NCBI GenBank assembly: GCA_030837225.1
Contig: JAUPKX010000016.1
Coordinates: 1 to 57,537, forward strand
DNA length: 57,537 nucleotides
Source of the DNA: Patescibacteria group bacterium
GTDB taxonomy: Bacteria > Patescibacteriota > Minisyncoccia > Phycocordibacterales > Phycocordibacteraceae
Direction: 5' to 3'
In this document: one piece after another, positions 19,479 to 28,663 of the stretch
Position numbering within the stretch: the first letter of the stretch is position 1
Layout of the letters: every line of letters begins with the position of its first letter
The notes under the pieces: generated by a model
Seen by the model: only the letters and a program-made list of their open reading frames with translations
Database searches by the model: none
Told to the model about the DNA's origin: nothing
Program-made: the position numbers and the translations under genes

Positions 19479-19507
19479 AGTATACGCATATTGCATGAAG
19501 ATTTCAA
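19479..19507 (-). promoter_or_regulatory. sigma70 promoter TTGAAA-N17-TATACT on the minus strand
   Basis: Plus strand shows agtata (19479-19484) and tttcaa (19502-19507), 17 nt apart. Confidence 0.7.
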
Positions 19508-19583
19508 GAAAGAGCAATCCTGTGTGTATAGCTCCAGAGTAGGTTTCTGGGTACAGAGATGTGCGAATGCTACACTTATCTCA

Positions 19584-20366
19584 ATGGCTGACTTCAAACG
19601 ATACAACCCCAATCGAGGAGCAGACTGGAACTACGGCGGGAAGAAATGGCGTCTTTCACGTTCAAAGATTGAGTTCTTTGTTGAGTGCCCACGCTGTTTT
19701 TACGTAGACAACAAGCTCGGCACGAAGCGTCCTGGCTACCCTGAGTTCACGCTTAACAAGGCAGTTGATGCGCTGTTTAAGAAGGAGTTTGATATACACC
19801 GTAAGGCTGCAACAGCACATCCTTTAATGCAGAAGTACGGCATCGATGCCGTCCCGTTCGTGCACGCAAAGATGGATACGTGGCGAGAGAACTTTGAGGG
19901 CGTTGAGTTTAAGCATGCACCAACGGGATTCGTTATCTCAGGCGCCGTAGACGATATATGGGTTAACAAAGCAGGAGAACTCATCGTTGTCGATTACAAG
20001 GCAACCTCAAAGCCCGGCACTATAGAAACACTTGGCGACTCAAGCTGGAATGAGCAATACAAGCGCCAAATGGGTGTGTATCAGTGGCTCCTACGACATA
20101 ACGGATTCGAAGTGTCTTCAATGGGGTACCTGGTCTACGCAAACGCGCATGACGACAAGGAAGCATTCGATGCGAAGCTTGAGTTTGAAGTAACAGTTGT
20201 TGAATGCGAAGGGCAGTCAGAGTGGATTGATGAGATTCTGCCGCGCATCAAGGAAACACTCGAGAGCGATGCTATACCGGCTATAGGAGAGGCCTGCGAA
20301 TTCTGCCCATACCGCGAGGCAGCAGGAAAGAAACTCCTTGCAATGCATCAAGCGAATAAGAAGTAG
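19584..20366 (+). CDS. PD-(D/E)XK nuclease, Cas4/RecB-like
   Basis: LSRSKIE...CPRCFY, GAVDD, VVDYKAT, QMGVY and CEFCPY motifs. Confidence 0.85.
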   Translation: MADFKRYNPNRGADWNYGGKKWRLSRSKIEFFVECPRCFYVDNKLGTKRPGYPEFTLNKAVDALFKKEFDIHRKAATAHPLMQKYGIDAVPFVHAKMDTWRENFEGVEFKHAPTGFVISGAVDDIWVNKAGELIVVDYKATSKPGTIETLGDSSWNEQYKRQMGVYQWLLRHNGFEVSSMGYLVYANAHDDKEAFDAKLEFEVTVVECEGQSEWIDEILPRIKETLESDAIPAIGEACEFCPYREAAGKKLLAMHQANKK

Positions 20367-20369
20367 CCT

Positions 20370-21035
20370 ATGGAGGTTCGGATTGGAGAGTCCTGGAGGA
20401 AAAGACTCGAAGGGGAGTTTGAAAAGCCATACTTTCAAGAGCTTACGAAGTTTGTAGAGGAGGAGTATGCAAGCGGTGTAGTCTATCCAGACTCGAAAAA
20501 TATATTCCGTGCATTCGAACTCGCGCCTTTTGAAGAGGTGAAGGTTGTTATTCTAGGACAGGACCCGTATCACGGACCTAACCAAGCGATAGGACTGTCA
20601 TTTGCGGTTGAGGAGGGAATTACGCTTCCGCCTTCCCTTCGCAATATCTACAAAGAGATTGAGAGCGATACAGGGAAGAAACCACTGGCTTCAGGCGATC
20701 TCTCCCGTTGGGCAGCGCAAGGAGTACTGCTTTTGAATGCAACACTTACGGTTCGAGCTGCCTCGCCTGGTTCGCATCACGGAAAAGGTTGGGAAGAATT
20801 CACTGATGCGGTTATACGAGTTCTTTCTGAAGAACGTGAGCACCTTGTTTTCATTCTGTGGGGAAACTACGCAAGAACGAAGGGCGCTCATATAGATCGT
20901 ACAAAGCATTTGGTTATTGAGTCTGCACACCCGTCTCCATTCTCAGCCAGGAATGGATTCTTTGGATCAAGACCTTTTAGTGTGGCAAATACTTATCTAT
21001 TCGAAAAAGGGAAGTCAGCAATTGAGTGGCGCTAG
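20370..21035 (+). CDS. ung: Uracil-DNA glycosylase family 1
   Basis: GQDPYH, PPSLRNIYKE, LLLNATLTV and HPSPFS motifs. Confidence 0.97.
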   Translation: MEVRIGESWRKRLEGEFEKPYFQELTKFVEEEYASGVVYPDSKNIFRAFELAPFEEVKVVILGQDPYHGPNQAIGLSFAVEEGITLPPSLRNIYKEIESDTGKKPLASGDLSRWAAQGVLLLNATLTVRAASPGSHHGKGWEEFTDAVIRVLSEEREHLVFILWGNYARTKGAHIDRTKHLVIESAHPSPFSARNGFFGSRPFSVANTYLFEKGKSAIEWR

Positions 21036-21095
21036 ATCAAAAGACCATGGTATAAGGATTGTGGAATTGAAACCTTGGTTTGAAAGGAACATGAA

Positions 21096-21644
21096 ATGGT
21101 TGCGAGACTTGGCTTTACGCGCCACGCGCACCAAAGAGTATATGAAGACCGGACTGTTTTGATCGAGCAGGACATACTCGAAATCATTGAGAATGATGAG
21201 TGTATTGAACTTCGTCGGGAACGTAAGCGCATAGCGCACTTACTTTTCTACAGCGTAGAGGACAGTGATTGGCTTGTGTTGATTGTAGACAGTAGCAACG
21301 GTGCAATCATTACAGTCCTTACGCGCTCAATGTACACAAAAGGAATAACCAATGAACAATTGAATGACGCGAAGAATCGTGCGTTACCAGATGTAATCAT
21401 TCATGCAGAAGTCGGTGCAGGTAGTGGTTCATGCGGGTCTGCAATGCAATTAGTGTATCTTGGAAACATTTCCTCTTCAGTAAGACCTCGCAATCTCTTG
21501 TATTGGTCAGCGTTTGAAGAAGTACGGGAGATAATTCATAGACACGCTGCGAAGCGACTCGGAAGCACTCCCTGCATAAACCTTCACTTAAAGGTGCGGA
21601 AGAAAGGCAAGCCTTGCATGAAGGCTGTAGTACCTTGGAGCTAG
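21096..21644 (+). CDS. Hypothetical protein (N-terminus resembles DUF4258/RelE-like small nucleases)
   Basis: FTRHAHQRV.ED...IITV pattern; own TGGTATAAG promoter box and downstream hairpin. Confidence 0.5.
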   Translation: MVARLGFTRHAHQRVYEDRTVLIEQDILEIIENDECIELRRERKRIAHLLFYSVEDSDWLVLIVDSSNGAIITVLTRSMYTKGITNEQLNDAKNRALPDVIIHAEVGAGSGSCGSAMQLVYLGNISSSVRPRNLLYWSAFEEVREIIHRHAAKRLGSTPCINLHLKVRKKGKPCMKAVVPWS

Positions 21645-21692
21645 CTCTCGGATTCATTCCGAGGGCTTTCCATTTTCCATAAAGAGTCGTTT

Positions 21693-23666
21693 TTACCAAA
21701 CCATCTCGCGGTCCTTAGCTGCGCGGAAATGCCTGTCTCCTTTCTTTACGGCATACGCAGCGTAGAACTTCTCAAAGTTCGAGACCGGACCATTGATACG
21801 GAACACTCCCGGAGAATGCGGGTCCGTAAGAACTTGCATCTTAGTGAACTCAGGACGGCAGTTCTCACGCTCAAAAAGGGAGAAACCGATAAAGAAGCGC
21901 TCCTCTGGCGAAAGGCCGTCGATATCTTTTCTCCCTGTTCGGGCGAGCTGAAGCTGATACGCGTCATACGCTATAGAAAGCCCTCCAAGATCTGCAATAT
22001 TCTCGCCAAGCGTAAGCTTGCCGTTCACCTTGATACCGTCAGCAACCTCATAGGTATCGAATTGCTTCTCAACTTTCTTGGCTTTTGCCATGAAGCGCTT
22101 CCTGTCCTCCGGTGTCCACCAGCTTTTTAGATTTCCCTTTGCATCGAACTTTGAACCCTCATCGTCAAAGCCGTGTGTGATCTCATGCCCAATAACGGTG
22201 CCGATAGCTCCGTAGTTAAGTGCATCGTCAGCGCCGAAATTGAAGAAAGGGGGCTGGAGAATGGCCGCAGGGAAGACAATGTCGTTCATCGTTGGCTGGT
22301 AGTAGGCATTAACGGTCTGTGGGTACATGAGCCACTCAGCGCGATCAACAGGCTTTCCAAGTCTCCGCATATCCCTTTTGTGCTCATACTCGGTTGCGCG
22401 CATGATATTGCCCACATAATCGTCATGGCGAATAACGAGACCTGCATAGGATCGCCACTTCTTTGGGTACCCAATCTTTCTATTGAAAGTAGAGAGCTTT
22501 AGAAGTGCCTTCTTCTTGGTGGCTTGAGACATCCAATCGAGTGAACGTAGACGTGTTTCGTATGCAGTAAATAGGTCATCAACAAGATGGTCCATCTTCT
22601 TCTTAGCTTCAGGAGGGAAATGTCGCTCTACATAGAGCTTCCCAAGAACCTCGCCAAGCGTTCCGTTAACCGTTGAGAGCGCACGTCTCCACAGAGGCTT
22701 CAGAGCCTTAGTACCCATAAGGGTCTTTCCATAGAACGAGAAGCTCTGCTTTATAAATGCATCAGACAGGGCCCCTGAGAACTCGTTCACGACGTGGAAA
22801 GAAAGGTACGTCTTCCAGTCTTCAAGGGAGACAGACTCGAGAAGAGTATTAACCCCCTCAAAGAAGTCTGGCTGCATAACGAGGTAATACTCAGCCTTCG
22901 TTGCGCCGATACGTGTAAGGTATGCGTCCCAATCTATACCTGGTGCGAGCTTGTTCAGCTTCGATAGGGAGAATTTGTGATAAATCTTCTCTGGATCCCG
23001 CATGTCTTCCTTTCGCATGGACAACTTCGCCAGATCTGTCTCGATTCGCAGGAGGATGTCCGCACTCTTCGTTGCGTTCAGCTGTGTGAGGCCCATGAGA
23101 CGGAATACTTTCTGAGCATGAATAGCAAAAGCTTCTCGAACACGCTTCGACTCAGTGTCATCTTTTAGGTAGTACTCGCGATCTGGCAAGCTCAAGCCTC
23201 CTTGTCCAAGATAGAAGGCATACGCCTCGCTGTTCTTCATGTCCTGATCGATATCGAATCCCCATACCGCATTTACGTCCATCCTGTGGAGTACAGCGAG
23301 TACCTTCTGAAGACCCGCTAGGTCCTTAATGCGATTAATGGATTCGAGGGTAGGAGAGAGTGGAGAGAGTCCGAGCTTGTTTCGTCGCTCCATATCCATA
23401 CCTGAGCTATAGAGATCGCGAACCATACGCTCAGCTCCCTTGCTCGGAAGGTTCTTCTTACTTCTGAGCTCCTCTACAAGGACCCGTATCTGCTTCTCTG
23501 TTTCGAACCTGAGTATATTAAAGGAACCCCAGCGAGACTCGGTCTTTGGAATTGGGTTCTTATCCATCCACGTTTTGTGGACATGATGATAGAAATCGTC
23601 CTGAGGTCGTATACCTGAATCAAGCTCTTTAACATCGAAACCCCAGGAGTTCTTTTTCATAGCCAT
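21693..23666 (-). CDS. M13 family (neprilysin/PepO-like) zinc metallopeptidase
   Basis: RPQDDFY, VNAYY, HEITHGFDD and GENIADLGG motifs. Confidence 0.96.
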   Translation of the reverse strand: MAMKKNSWGFDVKELDSGIRPQDDFYHHVHKTWMDKNPIPKTESRWGSFNILRFETEKQIRVLVEELRSKKNLPSKGAERMVRDLYSSGMDMERRNKLGLSPLSPTLESINRIKDLAGLQKVLAVLHRMDVNAVWGFDIDQDMKNSEAYAFYLGQGGLSLPDREYYLKDDTESKRVREAFAIHAQKVFRLMGLTQLNATKSADILLRIETDLAKLSMRKEDMRDPEKIYHKFSLSKLNKLAPGIDWDAYLTRIGATKAEYYLVMQPDFFEGVNTLLESVSLEDWKTYLSFHVVNEFSGALSDAFIKQSFSFYGKTLMGTKALKPLWRRALSTVNGTLGEVLGKLYVERHFPPEAKKKMDHLVDDLFTAYETRLRSLDWMSQATKKKALLKLSTFNRKIGYPKKWRSYAGLVIRHDDYVGNIMRATEYEHKRDMRRLGKPVDRAEWLMYPQTVNAYYQPTMNDIVFPAAILQPPFFNFGADDALNYGAIGTVIGHEITHGFDDEGSKFDAKGNLKSWWTPEDRKRFMAKAKKVEKQFDTYEVADGIKVNGKLTLGENIADLGGLSIAYDAYQLQLARTGRKDIDGLSPEERFFIGFSLFERENCRPEFTKMQVLTDPHSPGVFRINGPVSNFEKFYAAYAVKKGDRHFRAAKDREMVW

Positions 23667-23706
23667 ATAGCGCACAGTATAGCCGCCATGCTATCGTCAT
23701 ACCACT

Positions 23707-25623
23707 ATGACTGTATCTGAAGTCCGTAAGCGATTCCTGGCATTCTACGAGGCCCGTGGCCATGTGATTATCCCATCAGCTCCTATTGTGCCCGGGAACG
23801 ATCCAACAACGCTCTTCACCTCAAGTGGCATGCAGCCCTTGCTCCCATACTTCCTTGGAAAGGATCATCCGGAAGGAAAGCGCGTGGTGAACTCTCAGCT
23901 CGCCTTCCGTGCAGGAGACATTGAGGAAGTAGGAGACAATCGTCACACGACATTCTTCGAGATGCTCGGGAACTGGTCCTTTGGTGACTATTTCAAGCAG
24001 GAACAGCTGCCGTGGATATTTGAGTTCCTTACGAGTACCGAGACGGGCTTTGGTATTGATCCAAGTAAGCTGTATGTAACCGTGCTTGCAGAGGACAAGG
24101 AGGCGGGCATCCCGCTTGATACAGAAGCCGTAGAGCTCTGGAAACGACTGTTTAAGGAAAAGGGAGTTGCTGCGGAGTTCTCTAACATAGGCAGCGAAGC
24201 TGATGGATACGAGAAAGGCATGGGAACAAGCGATCGCATATTTGCGTATGACGCCAAGAAGAACTGGTGGAGCCGCTCAGGGGTGCCAAGTAATATGCCA
24301 GCAGGCGAACCAGGGGGTCCTGACTCAGAGATTTTTTATGACTTCGGGACGACGCACGATACAAAATGGGGCACTCACTGCCATCCGAACTGTGACTGTG
24401 GGCGGTTTGTTGAGATAGGGAACTCGGTGTTTATGCAGTTTGTTAAGAATGAAGATGGTTCCTTTGAGGAGCTTCCGAAGAAGAATATCGATTTTGGCGG
24501 AGGCCTCGAGCGTATAACGATGGCAACCGTTGGACCAGATATCTTTAGTCTTGATATCTTTGACGCTGCTCGCGCGGTTATTGAAGAACGCTCTGGAAAG
24601 AAGTATGGGGAAGATGAGGCTGCTGCTCGCGCATTCCGCATCATTCTCGACCACATGCGCGCGAGCGCGTTCATGCTAGCCGAAGGAATCCTCCCGTCTA
24701 ACACCGAGGCAGGCTATGTACTACGCCGGTTGCTTCGTCGTGCGATACGCGAATCAGATCGTCTTGGTATCAAGGACGCCGTACTCGCTGACGTTGCGAG
24801 GGGGTATGGGCAGGCGTATGCCGACCAGTACCCACACGTACTTGCAAACGCTCCGAAGATAGCAGAGGAGATTGCAAAAGAGGAGGAGAAATTCCGCAAA
24901 ACCCTTACGGGCGGCATGCGCGAGCTAGAGAAGTTAGTAGCAAAGGGCTCTGTTACTCCAGAGGATGTGTTTACCCTGTTTACGTCCTATGGCTTCCCTG
25001 TTGAATTAACTGAAGAGATTGCGAACGAGCGTGAGATAGAGATAGACCTCGCTGGCGTACTCGAGCTTATGAAGAAGCATCAAGAGACCTCAAGGGCAGG
25101 AGGAGCCCAGCGCTTTGCGGGCGGACTTGCAGACCACGCAGAGCAGACGGTACGGTATCACACCGCACACCATATCCTTCTAAAGGCGCTTCAGATGGTG
25201 CTTGGTTCAGAGGTTAAGCAGCGCGGTTCAAACATAACCTCTGAGCGTCTTCGTATAGACTTTGCATCTCCAGGCAAGATGACGGACGAACAGAAAGCTG
25301 AGGTTGAGAAGATTGTGAACGAGGTTATATACCAGGATCTTCCGGTTACGCGTACTGTTATGCCACGCGAAGAGGCAGAGAAACTTGGAGCTGAGATGGA
25401 GTTCGGTGTTAAGTATCCGGATATGGTGTCGGTATATTCTGTTGGCCCAATACACGCAACAGAAGAGACCCCGGATATCCCTAACGCGTTTTCTCTTGAG
25501 TTCTGCGGAGGGCCGCACGTATCTAATACAAGCGAGATACATGCAGACGGAAGGAAGTTCCGTATTCAGAAGGAAGAAGCGGTAGCGAGCGGTGTTCGCA
25601 GGATTAAGGGGGTGTTGGAGTAG
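23707..25623 (+). CDS. alaS: Alanine--tRNA ligase (short form without C-Ala domain)
   Basis: DPTTLFTSSGMQP, RHTTFFEMLGNWS, HTAHH and EFCGGPH; ends at GVRRIK. Confidence 0.97.
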   Translation: MTVSEVRKRFLAFYEARGHVIIPSAPIVPGNDPTTLFTSSGMQPLLPYFLGKDHPEGKRVVNSQLAFRAGDIEEVGDNRHTTFFEMLGNWSFGDYFKQEQLPWIFEFLTSTETGFGIDPSKLYVTVLAEDKEAGIPLDTEAVELWKRLFKEKGVAAEFSNIGSEADGYEKGMGTSDRIFAYDAKKNWWSRSGVPSNMPAGEPGGPDSEIFYDFGTTHDTKWGTHCHPNCDCGRFVEIGNSVFMQFVKNEDGSFEELPKKNIDFGGGLERITMATVGPDIFSLDIFDAARAVIEERSGKKYGEDEAAARAFRIILDHMRASAFMLAEGILPSNTEAGYVLRRLLRRAIRESDRLGIKDAVLADVARGYGQAYADQYPHVLANAPKIAEEIAKEEEKFRKTLTGGMRELEKLVAKGSVTPEDVFTLFTSYGFPVELTEEIANEREIEIDLAGVLELMKKHQETSRAGGAQRFAGGLADHAEQTVRYHTAHHILLKALQMVLGSEVKQRGSNITSERLRIDFASPGKMTDEQKAEVEKIVNEVIYQDLPVTRTVMPREEAEKLGAEMEFGVKYPDMVSVYSVGPIHATEETPDIPNAFSLEFCGGPHVSNTSEIHADGRKFRIQKEEAVASGVRRIKGVLE

Positions 25624-25648
25624 GTTCGATACTCAGACTGCGAGCAAT
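25623..25648 (+). repeat. Array 2 leading site, short form (GGTTCGATACTCAGACTGCGAGCAAT)
   Basis: Overlaps the alaS stop codon; same length and layout as 5166-5191; CAGACTGC.AGCAAT matches the long repeats. Confidence 0.8.
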
Positions 25649-25666
25649 AATTGCTATACTCAAGCT

Positions 25667-26122
25667 ATGGCAGATACAATTTTCGACAAACTCCTCAAAG
25701 GAAACATTCCGTCATGGAAAGTCTGGGAAGATGAGAAGTTTCTAGCTTTTCTAACGCCATTTCCCAACACGCCGGGACTAACGGTTGTAATACCCAAGCA
25801 GAATATTGGAGACTATGTTTTTAACCTGCAAGAGTCAGAGTACGAAGAGTTATTGAAGACGGCGAAGACCGTAGCCAAGATTCTGGAAAAGGCATTCAAT
25901 ACTCCTCGCGTATCATTAATATTTGAAGGTACTGGTGTGGCTCATGTTCACGCAAAGCTCGTCCCACTCCATGGAGAATTAGCCGAGCAGACAGGAGTAT
26001 GGAGTCCTCATACTGAATTCAATGAGCAATATCTTGGTTACCTTACTACTGCAGAAGGTCCAAAAATGGATGATTCGGAACTGGATCGAATTCAAGGACT
26101 CATTCTTGAAGCACAGAAATAA
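25667..26122 (+). CDS. HIT family nucleotide hydrolase; cassette 2.1
   Basis: TIFDKLL.G.IP, FLTPFPNTPG.TVVIPK and VAHVHAK (third His of HxHxH replaced by Lys). Confidence 0.9.
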   Translation: MADTIFDKLLKGNIPSWKVWEDEKFLAFLTPFPNTPGLTVVIPKQNIGDYVFNLQESEYEELLKTAKTVAKILEKAFNTPRVSLIFEGTGVAHVHAKLVPLHGELAEQTGVWSPHTEFNEQYLGYLTTAEGPKMDDSELDRIQGLILEAQK

Positions 26123-26152
26123 GTTCCAACATCGTCCCAGACTGCCAGCCCG
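26122..26152 (+). repeat. Cassette-boundary repeat, long form, copy 6
   Basis: AGTTCCAACATCGTCCCAGACTGCCAGCCCG overlapping the HIT stop codon. Confidence 0.95.
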
Positions 26153-26167
26153 ATATACAATGGACGT

Positions 26168-26494
26168 ATGTTGCAAGGAACTATCGTTGAGAATAGTCTA
26201 ACTGACCCTACTGTCTTAGGAGACTTGTCTATTCTTAAGAGTTGGCCTGAAGGGTCTTGGAAGCTTCATCAAGTGCAACTTGATAGAGAGCAGGCAATTG
26301 AGCTAGCAACCTTTCTAGCTGACGGGCCTTGGTATATGCATTTCTGGGAGCCGGGTACTGAAGATGTACTCGTTGTTTTTAAAGACAAAACTTTTGACAT
26401 AAAGTATTCAGACAAATCTACATGGGAAGAAGCGGTTGCCTATGGGAAGTCGACTGGTGTTCCCGAGGAGCAACTAGATTTTCTGATTTACTAA
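26168..26494 (+). CDS. Hypothetical protein; cassette 2.2
   Basis: 108 aa; G.IVENSL, WYMHF and YGKS.GVPEEQLDF motifs; ATG 6 nt after TACAAT. Confidence 0.8.
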   Translation: MLQGTIVENSLTDPTVLGDLSILKSWPEGSWKLHQVQLDREQAIELATFLADGPWYMHFWEPGTEDVLVVFKDKTFDIKYSDKSTWEEAVAYGKSTGVPEEQLDFLIY

Positions 26495-26525
26495 GGTTCC
26501 AACATCGTCCCACACCCCCAGCAAC
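26495..26525 (+). repeat. Cassette-boundary repeat, long form, copy 7 (last of array 2; diverged right arm)
   Basis: GGTTCCAACATCGTCCCACACCCCCAGCAAC, between the TAA at 26494 and the convergent stop at 26526. Confidence 0.92.
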
Positions 26526-27362
26526 CTAATCTTGAACCGTAACCTCAGTGCCAACCGGCGCCCACCCATACAACTCTCTGGCTATATCAAGGGGTACATT
26601 CACACACCCATGAGACCACTGCTGTCCGAAGTTGGTGTGCCAGTACGCGCCGTGTATAGCGCCCCCTTCAGCCGTGAAGTACATATTCCAGGGAACACCT
26701 GGTAGGTCGTAATAATCCTCAGATATGCCCGGGAGAGGTCCTTGCATATACCGACTTGGAGTCTTCTTAAACACTTTGAAGTTCCCGCGTGGCGTTGGAG
26801 TTAAATCGTGTCCGGTTGAGATTGTAGTCTTTAAAACGAGTTCCTTGCCATCATACGCATAAAGCATCTGCTCAGAACGATCGACAACGATACGCTTATC
26901 TGTTGGCTCGTCTCCAGTCATTGGTAATGTAGCCCCTGGGTCATAGAACGCGCGCACCTGGTCGCTCGCTACATACCAATCCTTCGCTACTCGATCTGGA
27001 TAGCGTATCCACTCGTTGAACTCCACCTTGTACCAAACGCGTCCAGACGCATCCGTCTCGGTGTCTTTTGATATAGGAAGTACCGTTCCGGTACGTAGTT
27101 TTCCAATAGCGGGAGCCGACGTCGTTGCTTCCATGCGTATGTTTACGCAGCTTCCAGAGAAGTCAGCGCCGCACCCGTCGAGCACTTCGATAAAGGATGG
27201 TACTTCCGTTTTTGGTTCCTCGGCAAATATAAGCTCAGAAACCGCACTCGTTGTTTCCTCAAGTGAAACAATCTTTCCGTTATATGCAAAGAATGTTAGG
27301 CACGCTGCCGCAAGCGCACCAATCAGGAGCGATACGAGCAAAATCTTCTTATCCCTATCCAT
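26526..27362 (-). CDS. L,D-transpeptidase (YkuD) with N-terminal TM and SH3-like domain
   Basis: IVVDRSEQ, ISTG...TPRG and AIHGAYWH...SHGCVN motifs. Confidence 0.92.
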   Translation of the reverse strand: MDRDKKILLVSLLIGALAAACLTFFAYNGKIVSLEETTSAVSELIFAEEPKTEVPSFIEVLDGCGADFSGSCVNIRMEATTSAPAIGKLRTGTVLPISKDTETDASGRVWYKVEFNEWIRYPDRVAKDWYVASDQVRAFYDPGATLPMTGDEPTDKRIVVDRSEQMLYAYDGKELVLKTTISTGHDLTPTPRGNFKVFKKTPSRYMQGPLPGISEDYYDLPGVPWNMYFTAEGGAIHGAYWHTNFGQQWSHGCVNVPLDIARELYGWAPVGTEVTVQD

Positions 27363-27415
27363 GTCCCTAGAGTACCGTACCGGGTACTCTCAGTCATCCT
27401 GGTATACTAGCCTGC

Positions 27416-28576
27416 ATGGCTCTTTTTCCCTTCGGAAAGAAGAAAACGCGCTCAGTCGCGCTCATTGATATTGGTTCAGCTTCAGTGGGCGGCGCCTACG
27501 CGCATTATGAGGAAGGGAAGCCGCCAATTATCTACTACACTGCCCGTGTTGACGTTGAGGTCCGCGAAGGCGAGACCATTTTGGAAGGCATGCTTCGTTC
27601 ACTCTCCTTTCTCGAGCGCCTCCTTATAGAGGAAGGGGCTCCGGCGCTCAGGCGTGAGACCGGGAGCGCGGTTATTGAGAAAGTACTCGTATCAGTAGCC
27701 GCTCCCTGGCAAGAAACCCTTGTTACAACAACAAACATTCAGCAGAAGAACGCGTTCATCTTTTCGCACCTCCACCTTGCTGATGCCGTTAGGAAGACGG
27801 CCATAGTACCAAAGGACCGTGTGAGTTCTGGCCACACTGTTATAGCAACCATCCTGAACGGATATGAGACGCCCAATCCTTTTGGAAAGCGCGTATCCCG
27901 TGCAGAACTCGTTATCCTCGCATCAACGCTTGAAAAAGAGGCGGCCCATGCCGTTGAGGCCTCGCTTAGAAGGGCATTTCATACAAATGAGATTGAACTA
28001 ACGGCCTTTGCGCCCGTTGCGTACACCGTGTTCAGAGACCTCTACCCACACCAGAAGGATTTCGTAGTGCTTGATGTGTCCGGGACTGGTACAGACGCCG
28101 CATTCGTGAAGCGAGGACTCCTCGTTGAGGTCCGGAGCGTTGCGTATGGCACCCAAGACCTCCTAATTGCCGCTAAGAAGGCAGGGCAACGGGCACACCT
28201 ATCGACCGTTGATATGATTGATCCGGTTGCGAACGAATCCTTTGCAAAGGAATCGGAGGAAGCAGAGCGTATATGGCTCGATGGGTTGCATGGAGCGTTC
28301 TCGAGCGTCGCGGGGGTCCAGGCACTTCCGCGCACCTTGCTCCTTCTTGCAGATACCGAAGCCCGCGACTATTTGAAGCGTGCCTTGGAGAAGAGCAGGC
28401 TCCGTTCGTTGTGGCTTTCAGACGAGCCATTATCCGTTATACCAATAACACCTTCGCACCTGGCGGCGAGGGTAAAGACAAGGGGACTTGGAGACGGGGA
28501 CTTGTTCCTGGCGTTGCTCGCGCTCTACGTCGCACGGGGTACGAATCTTCCCGAAGCACCTGCTGAATCGCTGTAG
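27416..28576 (+). CDS. FtsA/PilM-like actin-fold protein
   Basis: LIDIGSASV, LNGY and VLDVSGTGTD phosphate-loop-like motifs. Confidence 0.65.
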   Translation: MALFPFGKKKTRSVALIDIGSASVGGAYAHYEEGKPPIIYYTARVDVEVREGETILEGMLRSLSFLERLLIEEGAPALRRETGSAVIEKVLVSVAAPWQETLVTTTNIQQKNAFIFSHLHLADAVRKTAIVPKDRVSSGHTVIATILNGYETPNPFGKRVSRAELVILASTLEKEAAHAVEASLRRAFHTNEIELTAFAPVAYTVFRDLYPHQKDFVVLDVSGTGTDAAFVKRGLLVEVRSVAYGTQDLLIAAKKAGQRAHLSTVDMIDPVANESFAKESEEAERIWLDGLHGAFSSVAGVQALPRTLLLLADTEARDYLKRALEKSRLRSLWLSDEPLSVIPITPSHLAARVKTRGLGDGDLFLALLALYVARGTNLPEAPAESL

Positions 28577-28663
28577 ATTGTTATACCCGTCTCAAGTCCA
28601 GTGCCACCTGTCCGGGTGTATACTTACTCGGTACTACTCATATCGAGGCTTTTCTACGTAGAT

